From the NCBI RefSeq assembly GCF_009834535.1, contig NC_045697.1:80664001-80728000 (forward strand): a DNA stretch of 64,000 nucleotides, read 5' to 3'. The position numbers and the translations under genes were made by a program. Source of the DNA: Camelus ferus. Lineage: Eukaryota. The notes under the pieces were generated by a model. That model was not told the DNA's origin. It saw only the letters and a program-made list of their open reading frames with translations, and searched no databases. Shown piece after piece: positions 12,286 to 25,164 of this stretch; positions within the stretch are counted from its first letter, which is position 1, and every line of letters starts with the position of its first letter.

Positions 12286-12637
12286 ATGCTAGGCATGGTG
12301 TTTTGCCTCTGGGTAAACTGATGATATATAAGGATGGAAAACTGATCTTGTCCCTCTCCTAATGGATCATGTGTGTATATCACAACATTGGTTGTAATCT
12401 ATATTGTGATATTTCAGCTGGTGTAAGATGTAACTGTTATGTGTTATTTGGTTCTTCTATGAGTTGCAGGGAATAACATCAATGTCTCTAATAAAAAACA
12501 GGGCAAAGATAAAAAGAAGAAAGCTGGCAACAGAAATAATAAGATTCTAAACTCACTATGTTAGTGTTTTTGTTTCTTCAGTCATTGTGCCCTTAATTCC
12601 ATCTCATATACAGTAAACTCAGATAATGGCAGTTTTC

Positions 12638-15166
12638 TTTTTCCAGCTTTATTGAGATACAGTTGACATATAACACTGTGTAAGTTTACGGTGTACATGT
12701 TGATTTGATGCACTTATATACTGCAAAATGATTATGACCATAGTGTTAGTTAACAGCTGCATCATATCACATAATTATCATTTCATTTTTGTGGTGAGAA
12801 GATTTAAGATCTACTCTTTAGGCAGTTTTCAAATATATAATACAGTATTATTAACTATATCACCATGAAGTATATTGCATCCCCAGAACTTACTCATCTT
12901 ATGAATGTTGATTTGTACCCTTTAACTAACATCTCCCTGTTTCTCCCACCCCAGAGCCCCTGGTAACCACCATTCAGCTCTGTTTCCTCTTTTTTAGATT
13001 CCACGTATAAGTGAGATAGTACAGGATTTGTCTTTCTCTGTCTGACTTGTTTTACTCAGCATAATGCCTTCAGAATCCATCTATGTTGTCACAAATGGCA
13101 AGATTTCCTTCTTTTCTAATGGCTGAATAATATTCCATTATGCATGTGTGTGTGAATTTATATCACATATATACCATATATTGTATATACCAAGTCTTTA
13201 TCCATTCATCCATTGATGGACACTTAGGTTGTTTCCATATCTTGTTGTGAAAAGTGCTGCAGTGAACATGGGAGTGGAGGTATCTCTTCAATATCCGATT
13301 TTCATTTCTTTGGACACACCCCCAGAAGAAGGATTGTTGGCTCATATGGCTCTATTTTATTTTATTTTTTTGAGGAAACTCCATGCCAATTTCCACAGTG
13401 GCTGCATCGGTTTACATTCCCATCGACCAGTATACAGGGGTTCCTTTTTCCACATCCTCACCAACACTTGTCATTTCTAGTCTTTTTTGATAATAACCAT
13501 TTTACCAAGTGTGAGGTGATATCTCATTGTGGTTTTGATTTGCATTTCCCTGCTGGTTATGATATTGGCCACCTTTTTATGTACCTGTTGGCCATTTGGA
13601 TGCCTTACTTGGAAAAATACCTATTTGGAGCCTCTATCCATTTTTCAATTGGAGTGCTTGGAGGTTTTTTTTTGTTTGTTTTTGTTTTTTTTTTCTGTTG
13701 AGTTGTATGAGTTTTTTAAAAATATATTTTGGATATTAACCCCTTATCAGATATAAGAAACAGCTTCCTAGCCTCCTCTTCCAGACTTTGTGGACTGACT
13801 TTGCTTTGGGAAGACTGACCTGTGGGAGAGGCAAACTGAAGTGTGCTGTAACCCTGGGTCTAGTCCTGCAGGGCACCAAGTGCAGGGGTGTCTAGTCTAG
13901 GGGTCATAGTGTCTCTTTAACTCCAGCTGCTGGAGTTCACAACACTGAAAACTGTGTGGCCCTTGGTGAGAGCTGTAGGGTGTCCACTGTGGCTGCAGGT
14001 CTGTTAAGGTCCCAAGTGGCACTTCCAGATCCAGTAACTAGGGAGCAGGGTAGGCAGTGGCAGAGGCCAGAGCTGGTGGTGTGCCCACGCTCAGCTGCAG
14101 GTTCCTGTGTAGTGGCAGTGCAGGTTACAGACACACATGTAGTGGTGGGGGCCAGGGCAGGCAGAGAGTGGGTACACTGGTAGCTATGGGTGCCCTAGCT
14201 TTCAGTGGGTACTACCACGGATGCTGGGTCTTGCCAGGGGCCCATGGCAGTGGTTGCCAGTGAAGGGGGTGGGGCTGGGGGCATGCAGGTGCATAGCTGG
14301 AGGGGCTAGCTACATGTGAGCACAGTGATGCAGACCAGTGACCGAGGCAGGACCTGATATGGGCCAAGCAGCTGCGGGAGCCCTGGCCATCAGAAGTGCT
14401 CTCCTGTGACTGAACAGTCTCCCGCGGGTATGGGCATGCAGTGGAGGCCAGTGAGCGGTGTCAGGCGGGAGGCACGCAAGTGCACTGCTGGAAGAGCGAG
14501 CCCTGGGCGTGCGCAGGGCAGCAGGGGTCAGCCATAGGGGTCTAGGTTGGCGTTTTGCATTTGCGCAGCCGCAGAGGCCTGGGCTGGCCGCCAGTTAGGG
14601 TCCCGGGCTCCTGAGAGGGTGAGGGAAGCAGTGAGGAGCTCCAGCAGACATATACCTGTGGGGTGAAAGCTGGTGAAATCTACAGGGGGTCCCTGGTAGC
14701 TGTGCTGGCCTTTGGTTGCTTCCTCAGTGGTCAAGACTGCTGGGTTTATGTGTGGAGCAGTTCACTTTGAACCACAATTGCTTCCACTGCGTGCTACAGG
14801 TAGTCCCTGCTTTTCTTCCTTGTTCTAGCCACCCCTGCATGTCTCGGCTTTGCTGCTCTGGGTTGGGTAGTACCCAAGCGGGACTCTGCTGCCCTGAAAG
14901 GCGGGGTAAGCTGGCTGCGCCTGGCTAGCTCGCTCTCCCTCTCTGGGTAGGGGAACTCTTTCTAGCTGGGGAGCTCCCGCGTGGCGCTGAGCAGTGCTAG
15001 CTTGGGGGATGGCATGATGCAGCCAAAATGAAGCTCTCTTCCTTTTCTTTCTGTGTGCTTATTCTCAGTTTTTTTTGTTCCACTGCGTTGCTGACGTTTC
15101 TTATTGATCTTTGTGTGGAGACGGAGGCTGGGGTCTCCTAAGCTGCCATCTTCGTCTGACTTCCTC
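12638..15166 (-). mobile_element. Internally deleted L1 (L1MA9-era): 5' UTR (15166-13756) fused to ORF2 end plus 3' UTR (13755-12638)
   Basis: The 5' terminus carries a YY1-type AAGATGGC (gccatctt at 15145-15152) and a GC-rich UTR. There is an abrupt switch to L1 3' sequence at 13755. Diverged TSD: agataatggcagttttc (12621) / agaaacagaagttttc (15167). Confidence 0.8.
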
Positions 15167-17719
15167 AGAAACAGAAGTTTTCTGGAGGAAACTCGTCGGA
15201 GCAGATGATTAATGAACTTAAATTAGATTTTAAACTGTCTTTTAAAATACTTCTTCTAAGAAGACTACTAAAACATGATCTGGTTATTATTATTGACTGT
15301 AGTTCAGAGTTAGTAGTAACGACCAGTTTGTAGCATCGTAAAATTTCAGATTCTGTGTTTTCTTAACTCCACAAAGTCACGTAAATTAGAATCATTAATT
15401 CCTGAATTTGAAAAACATCTTTTGTAACATATTCAGTAAGAATATGTCTTTAATGGCACTGAGATCACTCATTCAGAATTTATTGAATTTTTTTCCTTTT
15501 TTACAGTCACTAATTTAAAAGCTCTTCCATATTATCTCCACAGTCAATGAAGAGTATTTGGGAAGAATGTGATAGTTCTTTACTCAGCATAAGGCAAGGA
15601 GACGAAGTCTTTTTGAACCTTAGAGCACTTTACACCGGCTCCCACACTTAGTTCTCATGGAGAGAGGTAAAATAAACACGAGCACATCTAGCTTACGGAT
15701 GAGAAATTGGGTTAAATGAGTTTTATGGCATCACACAGATAGAAAAGATAAACTCCATTTTTCTCTACTCAATCAATAAATATGTATTCCTTTTATTTGG
15801 GGGAGGGTGTTTTAAACATATTTTAAATTGTTCTCAAAATCCAGTCTTTGCTTATGACAATGTACACTACCTTTTTTTTTTCAGAAATATTGATGAAAAA
15901 CAAATCTATGTATGAGAATTATTTTAAACTAGCTGTGTTTTTTTTTTTTATTAGTCTGTGACTACATTAAGTTTTTTTCCCAAAAATCTGAAAAGACTAG
16001 TAATTTGTCAGGGTTCTATTGTACAATGTACTGAACAGAAAACATAATCAATGACATAATGGAAAGGGGAGTTTTAAAATGTGTAGTAGCATTTTAGAGT
16101 TGATATCATAAGAGAGGTCACTAGACTAAATGTAGATTCTGGTAACTTCCTTATTAAATAATTTCTTTAAAGATTTTTGGAGAAACGTTCTGAAAAGCTC
16201 CTCAAAGTTCATCTGATTTTTCCATACTTGACTTTTGCGAGGTGTAGTTTGCCGCAAATAGTCATGTTGTCTTTGCACCATTTTCACACATCGTATTTGC
16301 TCTCTTTCCCTGTAATCCTCTCATAGCTCTTTCCTAGCAATTGTCTGTTACCCCAGATCTCACATAAGCTCAGCAGCTCCCCAGGTCATCTTCAATCATT
16401 ATGCAGTGCTTGTGATGATTTCTTTTTGAACAATGAAAGGGTAAGAAAAAAATCCTTTGTGAAAAATACATTTCCTATTTTGCAGTGGTCCAAATTCCAT
16501 TGAATATTACTGAGTTTTGTCATAAACTGGTCTCATATCGTACTATGTAATATTTTATTCATATAATCCTCTGGAGTGCACTTACTTTTCATAGTTTATT
16601 CCTTAAGGCAAATCCTCCCAGTTTTTATTTTTCTTCTGTTTCCAGGGCCCTGCATACATTTTCACATTTCATTAGTAGTTAATTTCAAAATGCAATTAGA
16701 AAGAATTCCTTTGAGGATAGCAGGCAATAACTGGCTTCTTTCTGTTCAGTCCTTATTAAAGAGCATGGGAAGATGCTTTTCAACTAAGAATGTTTAGAAC
16801 AGAGGCCAAAAAAGGAAATCTCTGGGCAAATTATTGCTATTGTGGCCTTAGTATAGCATATGTATGGATCCTTAAATAAATTGTGCTCCTGTAATTGTCT
16901 TTTTGGTGAATTTAACAATGATAATTAACCCAGTTGAAAAGTAAGCTTTTGACCTCTGGGTTCTTTAAAAGAAAAAATACCACATTATGTTTCGAGTTCT
17001 CTTAGTTAACAAAATATCAGATTATTTTATTCTGTGTTTAAACCTCAGCATTGAGTGGAGTACATGAACATGACTCTTAGATCAAGTCCCCTGTACACCA
17101 AAGAATCCAGGAGAGTTGTATAGAAATATGCAGGAGACTGCCTTAAAATATTCTACAGACTATGCACCAGAGTCATATTCACACATTTACACATTCACAC
17201 TTCAGAATGCCTGTAGGATATCCCAGTGTATCAAGGTAGGGCAGCTTCTAATTACCAAGACTTCATTTTTATAAGGGCAAATTATCCTGGTGAGAAATGA
17301 AGTAGAAAATTTAAAAGGCATGGAGGTCTCTATGAGCATGTAAGCAAATATCCGAGGGAAGCTGCTGATGACCTTATTAACAGTAAAAGGAAAACTTAAA
17401 ATCAGAAGGAGCCTGACTCATAACAGCTGATTAGATGTTATGTCAAGATGGAGCATAATCATTGTTAGCCAGAATTTTCAAGTTGATGATTCTGTGGTGA
17501 AAAGTTTTCCATATTTATGGCTTGGGATTGTGTAAGGAAAATTGAGAAGTCTCAGGGAAGTCCTAGCGATTCACAGATGCCAGATAGCATAACTGTACTC
17601 CAGAGAGGAAGAAGGATACAGGGATTATGTCACATGGTGATGCCCCAACTCCATCACTGATTTGACATACTGGCTAACCATTATGGACTATGAATTAAAG
17701 ATTTGTAAGAGTAGTTGAA

Positions 17720-17940
17720 TGTGTACTCTGGTGCAGACTTGTTGACATTCATACCCAACCTCTGCTACTTGATAGCTCTGTGACCTTGGACAAATTAATC
17801 CTATAGTCTTTGTTCCAGTTTTCATATCTGTAAAATAGGTTCATAAGAGTATCTACTTTATAGTTGGTTGTGAGCAGTAAAGAGTGCAATGATGCAAAGC
17901 ACTGTAAGTGATCTGGTACATTGTCTGGTACTTATAATTT
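17720..17940 (+). mobile_element. MIR SINE
   Basis: ctctgctacttgatagctctgtgaccttggacaaatta...cagttttcatatctgtaaaatagg. Confidence 0.85.
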
Positions 17941-18417
17941 TTAGCTTTAACTATATAGTTCTAAAATATAATTTATTACTGCAATTTCAATTTATTTCTT
18001 CTTGAAGATCTTTCTGTGTTAATTGGGAACAATTAGTCAATTCATTCTTTGTCTTGATATCTTATACACTTGAACTTCAGCTTCAGAGAAGTGAGGGTAG
18101 AACATGCCATAGAATCATGCAGGAAGCAAATATCCCACAGACACTGATAGGACTGTTTGTTGGTGGGATCTATCAGGGTCATAGAGGAGGGCATTGGATC
18201 AGGAGACAAAAACACCTGAGTTCTAGTTCTGACTCTGTCAGTGACTAACTGTTTGGTGTAGGATGAATAATAAGATTTAATATGACTGCATAATTATTAT
18301 GGCCATGACAAGCTATACAGCTTCTCATTCTAAGACTTCTATGCAAACACATATGTGCCTTATTTGTAAACTTCATTCCAGCAGTAATAGTAATAGGCAT
18401 TCATAAATATAACTTCC

Positions 18418-20820
18418 TTCTCTTTTTTTCTTTGGGGGGGGCATTGTCTCCAAAAAGTAACATTTTATTACTTAACATTTTTTTAGATTATTAATTTTTA
18501 AATAATTAATTATTTTAGTTATAGTTGATTTACAATGCTATGTTAATTTCATTTGTATAACAGTGATTATGCCATTTAAAGTTATTATAAAATATTGACT
18601 ATATTCCTTATGCTGTAAAATACATCCCTGTAGCCTGTCCATTTTATACATAGTCATTTGTATCTCTCAATCCCCTACCCCCATCCTGCCTCTCTCCCCT
18701 CTGGTAACCACCAGCCTGTTCTCTATACCTGTGAGTCTGTTTCTGTTCTGCTATACTTATACTAATTTCACTAAACTTAGTACCCTCTAAGCCCATCCAT
18801 GTTGTTGCAAGTGGCAGAATTTTATTCTTTTTTATGGCTGAGTAATATTCCATGTATGTATATATACCACATCTTCTTTATCCACTCATCTGTTGATGGA
18901 CTCTTAGGTTTGCTTTATTTTAACTATTGTAAATAATACTGCTGTGAACATTTAGGTGCATGTATCTTTTCAAATTAGTGTTTTTATTTTCTTTGGATAT
19001 ATATCCAGGAGTGGAATTTCTGGATCATATCATAGTTGTATTTTTAGTTTTGAGGAATCTCAATGCTGTTTTTCATAGTGTCTGTGCCGATTTACATTTC
19101 CACTCATTGTGTACAAGGGTTCCCTTTTCTCCATAGCCTCACTAACATTAGTTATTTATGGACTATTTGTTGATAGCTATTCTGACAGGTATGAGATGAT
19201 ATCTCATTGTGGGTTTGATTTACATTTCTCTGATGATTAGCAATGTAGAGCATCTTTCCATGTACCTATTGGCCATCTGTATGTCTTCTTTGGAAAAATT
19301 CTTTTCAGATTTTCTGCCCATTTTTAAATTGGGTTGTTTGTTTTTTCAATATTGGATTGTATGAGCTATTTATATATTTTGGTAGTAACCTCTGATTGGG
19401 CATATTATTTGCAAATAATCTCTTATTCAGTAGATTGTCGTTTCATTTTGTCGTTGGTTTCCTTTGCTGTGCAAAAGCTTTTAAGTTTGATTAGGTCCCT
19501 TTTGCTTGTTTTAATGTTTCCTTTGCCTTAGGAGATAGATCCAAAAAAATATTGCTATGATTTATAGCAGAGAGTGTTTTGCCTATGTTTTTTCTGTGTT
19601 TTAAAAATTGTTCTTCATTCATTTGAAATAAATTTCTCTGTCTTCTCATTTTGCGTAACTTTCTCTTACTCTATGATATTAGGTGAAAAAGTTACCTATT
19701 GCAGTCTTGAAGGGGTGTCCTTGTGTAGGAGTAGCCCTGTACAGTCTGCATGTGCCCAGTGGCTTTGGTGGGACAGCTGGATCTGACACGAGGATGAGTC
19801 ATGTCTTCTCTCAGGGTGTGCTGGCAGCTATCATCTTAGTAGGAGATGGGGCTGGAGATGGAGGGACTAGAGCCAGAGCCAGGTGTGAGTCAGAACTTAT
19901 CCTGTGCTTAATGGCCAACACCACCCTATTGAGAGCAGGGGTGGGCCCCACATTGCTAGAGCAGAAGCCCTGAGGGTCAGGTCTGAGCTAGCTCTCTTCC
20001 TTTTAAGTGTGTGCTCTCTCCCTTCCCAACAGTGGTTGGTACCTTTGCCCCAGAGGGGAGTATACTGGAGCAAGAGGGGCTGGAGCAGGCACTCAGCATG
20101 GGCTGGGGGATGGGCTGGGGCAGTCCCAGCACCAGTCAGAGTGCTGGGACCACTCCCAGTCTGCTCTCTCTGTCAGCACCAGTAACGGCTGCCCTCGTTC
20201 CATTCAGATGCTATGTCAGGTCTGAGCTAGTCCCATCCCCTACAACTTCGTACCCTCCTTGGCCAAAGCAGCCTTTTCCCTAGGAGGGTGGAGCTCTGCC
20301 GCGGAGCAAGTGTATCTGGGGCAAGGGCTTGGTTCAGGCGGTTGCAGGAAACCAGCCAGAGTCCAGGGCAGTTTCATTCTGCTTCCTCCACCATATTTTG
20401 GGAATAAGCAAGTGTGTGCATGTTCTTCACTAGCAGAGTCTAGGTTTATTACAGCCCTCCAGTAAGTTCCACTGGTTTTCAAACCGGCTAAGGGGACTTG
20501 TCCTCCTGGTGTTGGACCCCAGGATTGGGGCATTCAATATGTGGATCGAACCACTCACTCCCCAGGCAAGATCTATGCGTCCATGTAACCCTCCTCATCT
20601 GTGTCCCCTCCCAGGGGCACAGGTACTAACTTGATTGCTTCTCTTCCCTTCCCACTTGATTCCCCATGGATCCTTTGTACAGCGTTTGTAGTATAAGAAT
20701 CTTTCTGCCAGTCTCCAGTTAGGTTTCAGTGAGAATTGCTCCATGTGTAGATGTGTTTTGGGATGTTTATTGGGGGAGGTGAGCTCCATGTCCTCCTACT
20801 CTGTCATCTTGATCTCCTTT
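18418..20820 (-). mobile_element. Internally deleted cetartiodactyl-type L1: 5' UTR and ORF1 start fused to ORF2 3' end plus 3' UTR
   Basis: Minus-strand 5' end ggagatcaagatgacagagtaggaggacatggagctcacc. ORF1 start MRRQRNLFQM at 19649. Junction at ~19595 into ORF2 NIGKTL; MEYYSAIKK in ORF 18644-18853. Candidate TSD at 18402-18417 / 20823-20838. Confidence 0.8.
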
Positions 20821-22259
20821 CCCACAAATATAGTTTTCAATGCTGATGCTGTGCTAATTCTCAAAGTTATAAAAACATTTTTATAGTAATTATGTTAAGT
20901 AATTATATTACATTAATTTACATGTGGCAACTCAGCTATTAAATCTTTACCCTTAAAATTTCTCCGTCATCCTTTTTTTAAGTAGAAGTGATAATTTTGC
21001 ATCAATTCATTCGCATAATGCTTTAGTTTTATATCCTCTCCCTCTGTCCCCTCTTTTTCATGTTTATTCAACATTAAATGTACACTGTGGGTTGAGAACT
21101 GTGATGTTACCCATATTATTTTATTAAATATCTTCAATTTTTCACAACAATGCCTAATCTCTACAAGAGTACAGGAAGGAAACAAGTCATCAAAGGTAAT
21201 ATTAAAACAAGAAGGAAGACTCCATATGCATTTAAAATAAGCAAAGTTGGATTGTGAACATGAAAAGAACTTTGAATTTCTGCAAGGACGAAAGAAGACA
21301 ATATTTTTACAGAAAAGCAGGGAATAAGAATCCCTTGCACTTAGAAGTTCTAGTTGTGTTGCTCTCTACAATTTTAAAGTTTGAAGCAAGAGACCGTTAA
21401 ATGTTACTGACAAGATCTGATTGAAAATTGATACAGGACATAGGCATTTAATGGCTGGCACTTAGACTACTCTTAATTTTGTTTCTCTGTGAAGAATGTA
21501 CGAGGAGGAAAGCCTTATTGAATGAAATTTAGGCCAAGCAAACATATGGTAGTGGGATTTCTTCTAGATGAAGTAATTTTAACTGAGGTTTCTCAGAGAA
21601 GAATTTTTTTTCCCTGCAGACTTTTATAACAGTATCCTTAAAAATCTGGTCATGACAGACTGGAGAGAATGATCCTTTAAAACCTGAAAATATGCTCAGT
21701 TCACTTCTCTGAAATCAATTCTGGGAAGATATCCATATCACTTGGGAATAGCAAACAGATTTGTCTGGTGGGATTTTGCCAGAAGAGAAGTGATGTAGAC
21801 GTGTTACGCTCTGTTGTGGAAACATGATGCATCCCCCTCTGCTAATGATTCATGAACAGGAAGATGAGGCATCCTTGCAGCTATTACCTCCTCTCCTAAA
21901 CTGAAATACCATGCTGTATACATCATACCATACATGTTCACATTGGCTTAAATGTCGTGATTGTATATTATTAGTAACAAGGATTAGACTCCCATTTGAA
22001 AAAAACAAAACAAAACAACATTGTATCACATAGCACTAAGTGTTTTAGCTATTACTTCCACTTAGCTGAACTCTTGCATTAGTATACCTTCGTAATGTTA
22101 CTAGTTAAATTTTAATAAACAAGCAAGGCTTTTTAACACTTGCTTAATTCTCTGTTCATTTAATAGCCAAACATTATTATTGCAATGGATAGCATTAGTA
22201 ATAACAATTATATAATTGCCCCTTAGAAGAAGATAGAAACTGTATCCATTTTATGGTAT

Positions 22260-22420
22260 CAAATAAGGCACTTTGCTTCCATTATCTGATGTAATCTTTC
22301 AAACAATACTAAAATGTGTATTTTATACTTATTTTACATATGAGGAAACTGCAGCAGAGAGGTTAGGCAGTGTGCCCAGAATCACACAGCTAACAATTAG
22401 CAGAGCTGTGATTCAGATGC
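22260..22420 (-). mobile_element. MIR SINE
   Basis: attttacatatgaggaaactgcagcagagaggttaggcagtgtgcccagaatcacacagcta. Confidence 0.8.
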
Positions 22421-22935
22421 AGATAAACTTTAATACAGGTTAAAGCAAGAGAAGTTTATTGGAGGAAGTAGCTCATAAACTGTTTTAAAAATTAGTCACG
22501 ATTTGATGGGGAGAATACATTTCTGATGTATGGAATAATGTGGCCACCAAAGAGGGCCACTAAAGCAGAAGATGTGCAGGAAATGTATGTGTATGGGCAA
22601 CCTACACAGGATAGATAGTAAAGAATGCAGAGAAAAATCACTCAAGCAATAAAAAGATTGTCTATGCAAGAACAAAAATTGGATCAGGCTTTAATGATTC
22701 CTTGGAAAAGTATCTCTACAGTTTTGAGGGAAAGATATTATTTGAAGAAAATTACTTGTATTTCATGTTTAAGGACAATTGAAAGACATTCTAGAAATGA
22801 GTGAATTGAGAAAGAACACTACTCCCATATTCTCCCTGGAGAAAATAAAAACAAAAGGAAAACTCTGAAAAAGTATGTTAATTAAGGTAAAACCCTACAA
22901 AATTGCGAAAGATATAGCGTAGAGAAAAGAAATGG

Positions 22936-24259
22936 GAGAAGCAAGATGGTGGAGTAGAAGAACGCTTGTAGCTCACCCTATCCCACAAACACACCAAAAC
23001 TCACATCTACGGACCTACTCAGCCAACCAGAGCACCTGCTAAACTCTGACAGAACATTGCCCTCTTCGAAAGACAAAGACGCCAAAAATCTGGTAGGAGA
23101 AAAGGAAAAAAGAAATAAGAAAAAGCAAAACAGTGAAGGACTGATCCCACAGAGAGGGAGCGGCAAAGAAGGACTGGCACTCATTTGCTGGGTCTCCCCT
23201 CTCCAATGGAGAGCCAGCAGGATGGAGAGGGAGCCTCTGAGGCTCAGATCTGCCCCGAGCACCCCTTGACCAACAGAACTGAGTTAAACGGGCACAAAGG
23301 GTCCCTGCGACACCCAGCCTGAGATGTGAGCCAGCAGCTGGGGGCCGGGACAGGCCGCCCTAGCCAGGCGGAGGACTGGGGCAGCTGCACTGAGGCAGCC
23401 CCGGGGACTGAAGGGGGCTGCGCACCATGGTGGGAGGGGATATGGAGCAGAACAACCTCTGTCCCCCATAAATTGCAAAAAAAGCAAAGCAACACGGCTG
23501 GTGTGCCCTGGGGGGAGGGGTGCCTTTGTCTCCTCAGACCTGGGCCGCCATTACTGGTGCATCTCCCCAGAAGAGAGGCAGGGCGCAGCCACAGCCGCCA
23601 TTTCCTCCTGTGTGCAGAGCCAGGGTTGGGGCGGGGCTGAGACCTGAATCCACACCGGGGGCTCCTCAACCTCCTAGGCAGGACTGAGACTTGTTTACAG
23701 CCCAAGGCTGATAGGATTTTTCTGCCCTGGCACCTCAGAGAACTAGCACCACGAAGACAAACAAGGAGCTGAGATTTGGCACTGAGCAGGGGCGAGGCCG
23801 TTCTGCAGTCTTCCCCGAGCCCGCCTTTGGAGTACCAACCCTAGGTGGAGCAGGCAGCTGCACAGAGCAGCGGAGCGACCGCAGTGGGAGAGGGCAGGCA
23901 TCCACCAGCCTTCCTGGCAGGAACGCAGCACCTGACCACGGTGCTAGGACGGGGCACAAACCGCCCACCTGACCCCCCGAGCGCAGTATATGACTGGCAT
24001 CGGGAGGGGGAGTGACCCACCCACCCACCAGGTAAGAGCTCAGCCCCTGACCCAGTTTTAGAAGAGGGCGTGATCTGCTAGCCGACAGCTACTGGGAGCA
24101 GCACAGATGAGGGCGCCAACAGAGGACCTCTGGAAACAGCAAGCTGAGTTAGCGAAACAGGGCGAAAACACAAAGACCTCTTGATAAAATCATTAAGAGC
24201 ACACCATCTCCAGGAGAACTAGATAACTGATACTCCTTAAGCCACAGTGCCAGAGAGAT
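22936..24259 (+). promoter_or_regulatory. L1 5' UTR internal promoter remnant (GC/CpG-rich)
   Basis: GC-rich with many retained CpGs, unlike its flanks. YY1-like CAAGATGG at 22942-22949. Confidence 0.6.
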
Positions 24260-25164
24260 ATGAGCAATACGAAGAAGCAGAGGAACCACTCCCAATTAAA
24301 AGAGCAAGAGAAATCCCCTGAAAGCTCAATCAAGGAAATAGACATTGATGGCCTACTAGATCAAGATTTCAAAAAAGGAGAGATCAAAGTACTGAAGGAA
24401 CTTAAAGAAATAGTGTTTAGAGATATAAAATATGTCAAAAATGAAATAGAAGCTGTAAAGAAGAACCAAGTAGAATTAGTAAACTCATTTGCTGAGATGA
24501 GAGCTCACCTAAAGGCTGTGCAAAGCAGGCTAGATAATGCAGAGGAATGAATAAGTGACCTAGAAGACAGGACAACAGAAAGCACCCAATCAGAACAGCT
24601 GAGAGAAAAACAAATAAAAAACAATGAAAACAATATAAGGGGCCTATGGGATAATATAAAGCATGCCAATCTACGCATAATAGTGGTTCCAGAAGGGGAA
24701 GAAAGAACAAAGGGGACTGAAAAGGTATTTGAAGAAATCATGACTGAAAACTTCCCAAACCTAAAGAAAGAATCAGATATTCAAGTACAGGAGGCTCAGA
24801 GGGTCCCAAACAGGAAGAACCCAGACAGACTCACACCAAGACACATCATAATCAAAATGGCCAGAGTCAAGGATAAAGAAATGATCCTAAAGGCAGCAAG
24901 AGAAAAACAAAGAGTGAGTTACAAGGGAACCCCCACAAGGCTCTCAGCTGATTTCTCTACACAAACACAATAGGCCAGAAGGGAGTGGCAAGATATATTC
25001 AAAGTCCTGAATGAAAAAAAAGATGCAGCCTAGGATACTCTATCCAGCAAGGCTATCCTTTAGAATAGAAGGAGAGAGAAAGAACTTCACAGACAAGCAA
25101 AAACTCGAAAGAGTTTAGCAACACTAAACCCATGCTAAAAGAAATATTGACAGGTCTACTCTAA
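24260..25164 (+). pseudogene. L1 ORF1p pseudogene
   Basis: KKQRNHSQLKEQEK...RLDNAEE* and VPEGEE...ENFPNL...TPRHIIIKMARVKDKEMILKAAREK...RLSADFS are in the same frame. In-frame stops at 24548 and 24971, an apparent frameshift in the A-run near 25015, and terminal TAA at 25162-25164. Confidence 0.9.

Noticed and set aside
13740..13800. Splice origin for the deletion junction of the 12.6-15.2 kb L1
   Set aside because: 5' UTR-like sequence continues past the nearest donor-like site, and I see no AG acceptor context on the ORF2 side.
15540..15670. Exon-like segment (ccacag|...|gtaaaa)
   Set aside because: The longest frame contains a stop, and the 3' part looks like MIR-derived sequence.
23244..23705. 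153-aa antisense ORF in the L1 5' UTR as an ORF0-like gene
   Set aside because: GC-rich UTRs lack stops by chance, overlapping ORFs occur on both strands, and I recognise no homology.
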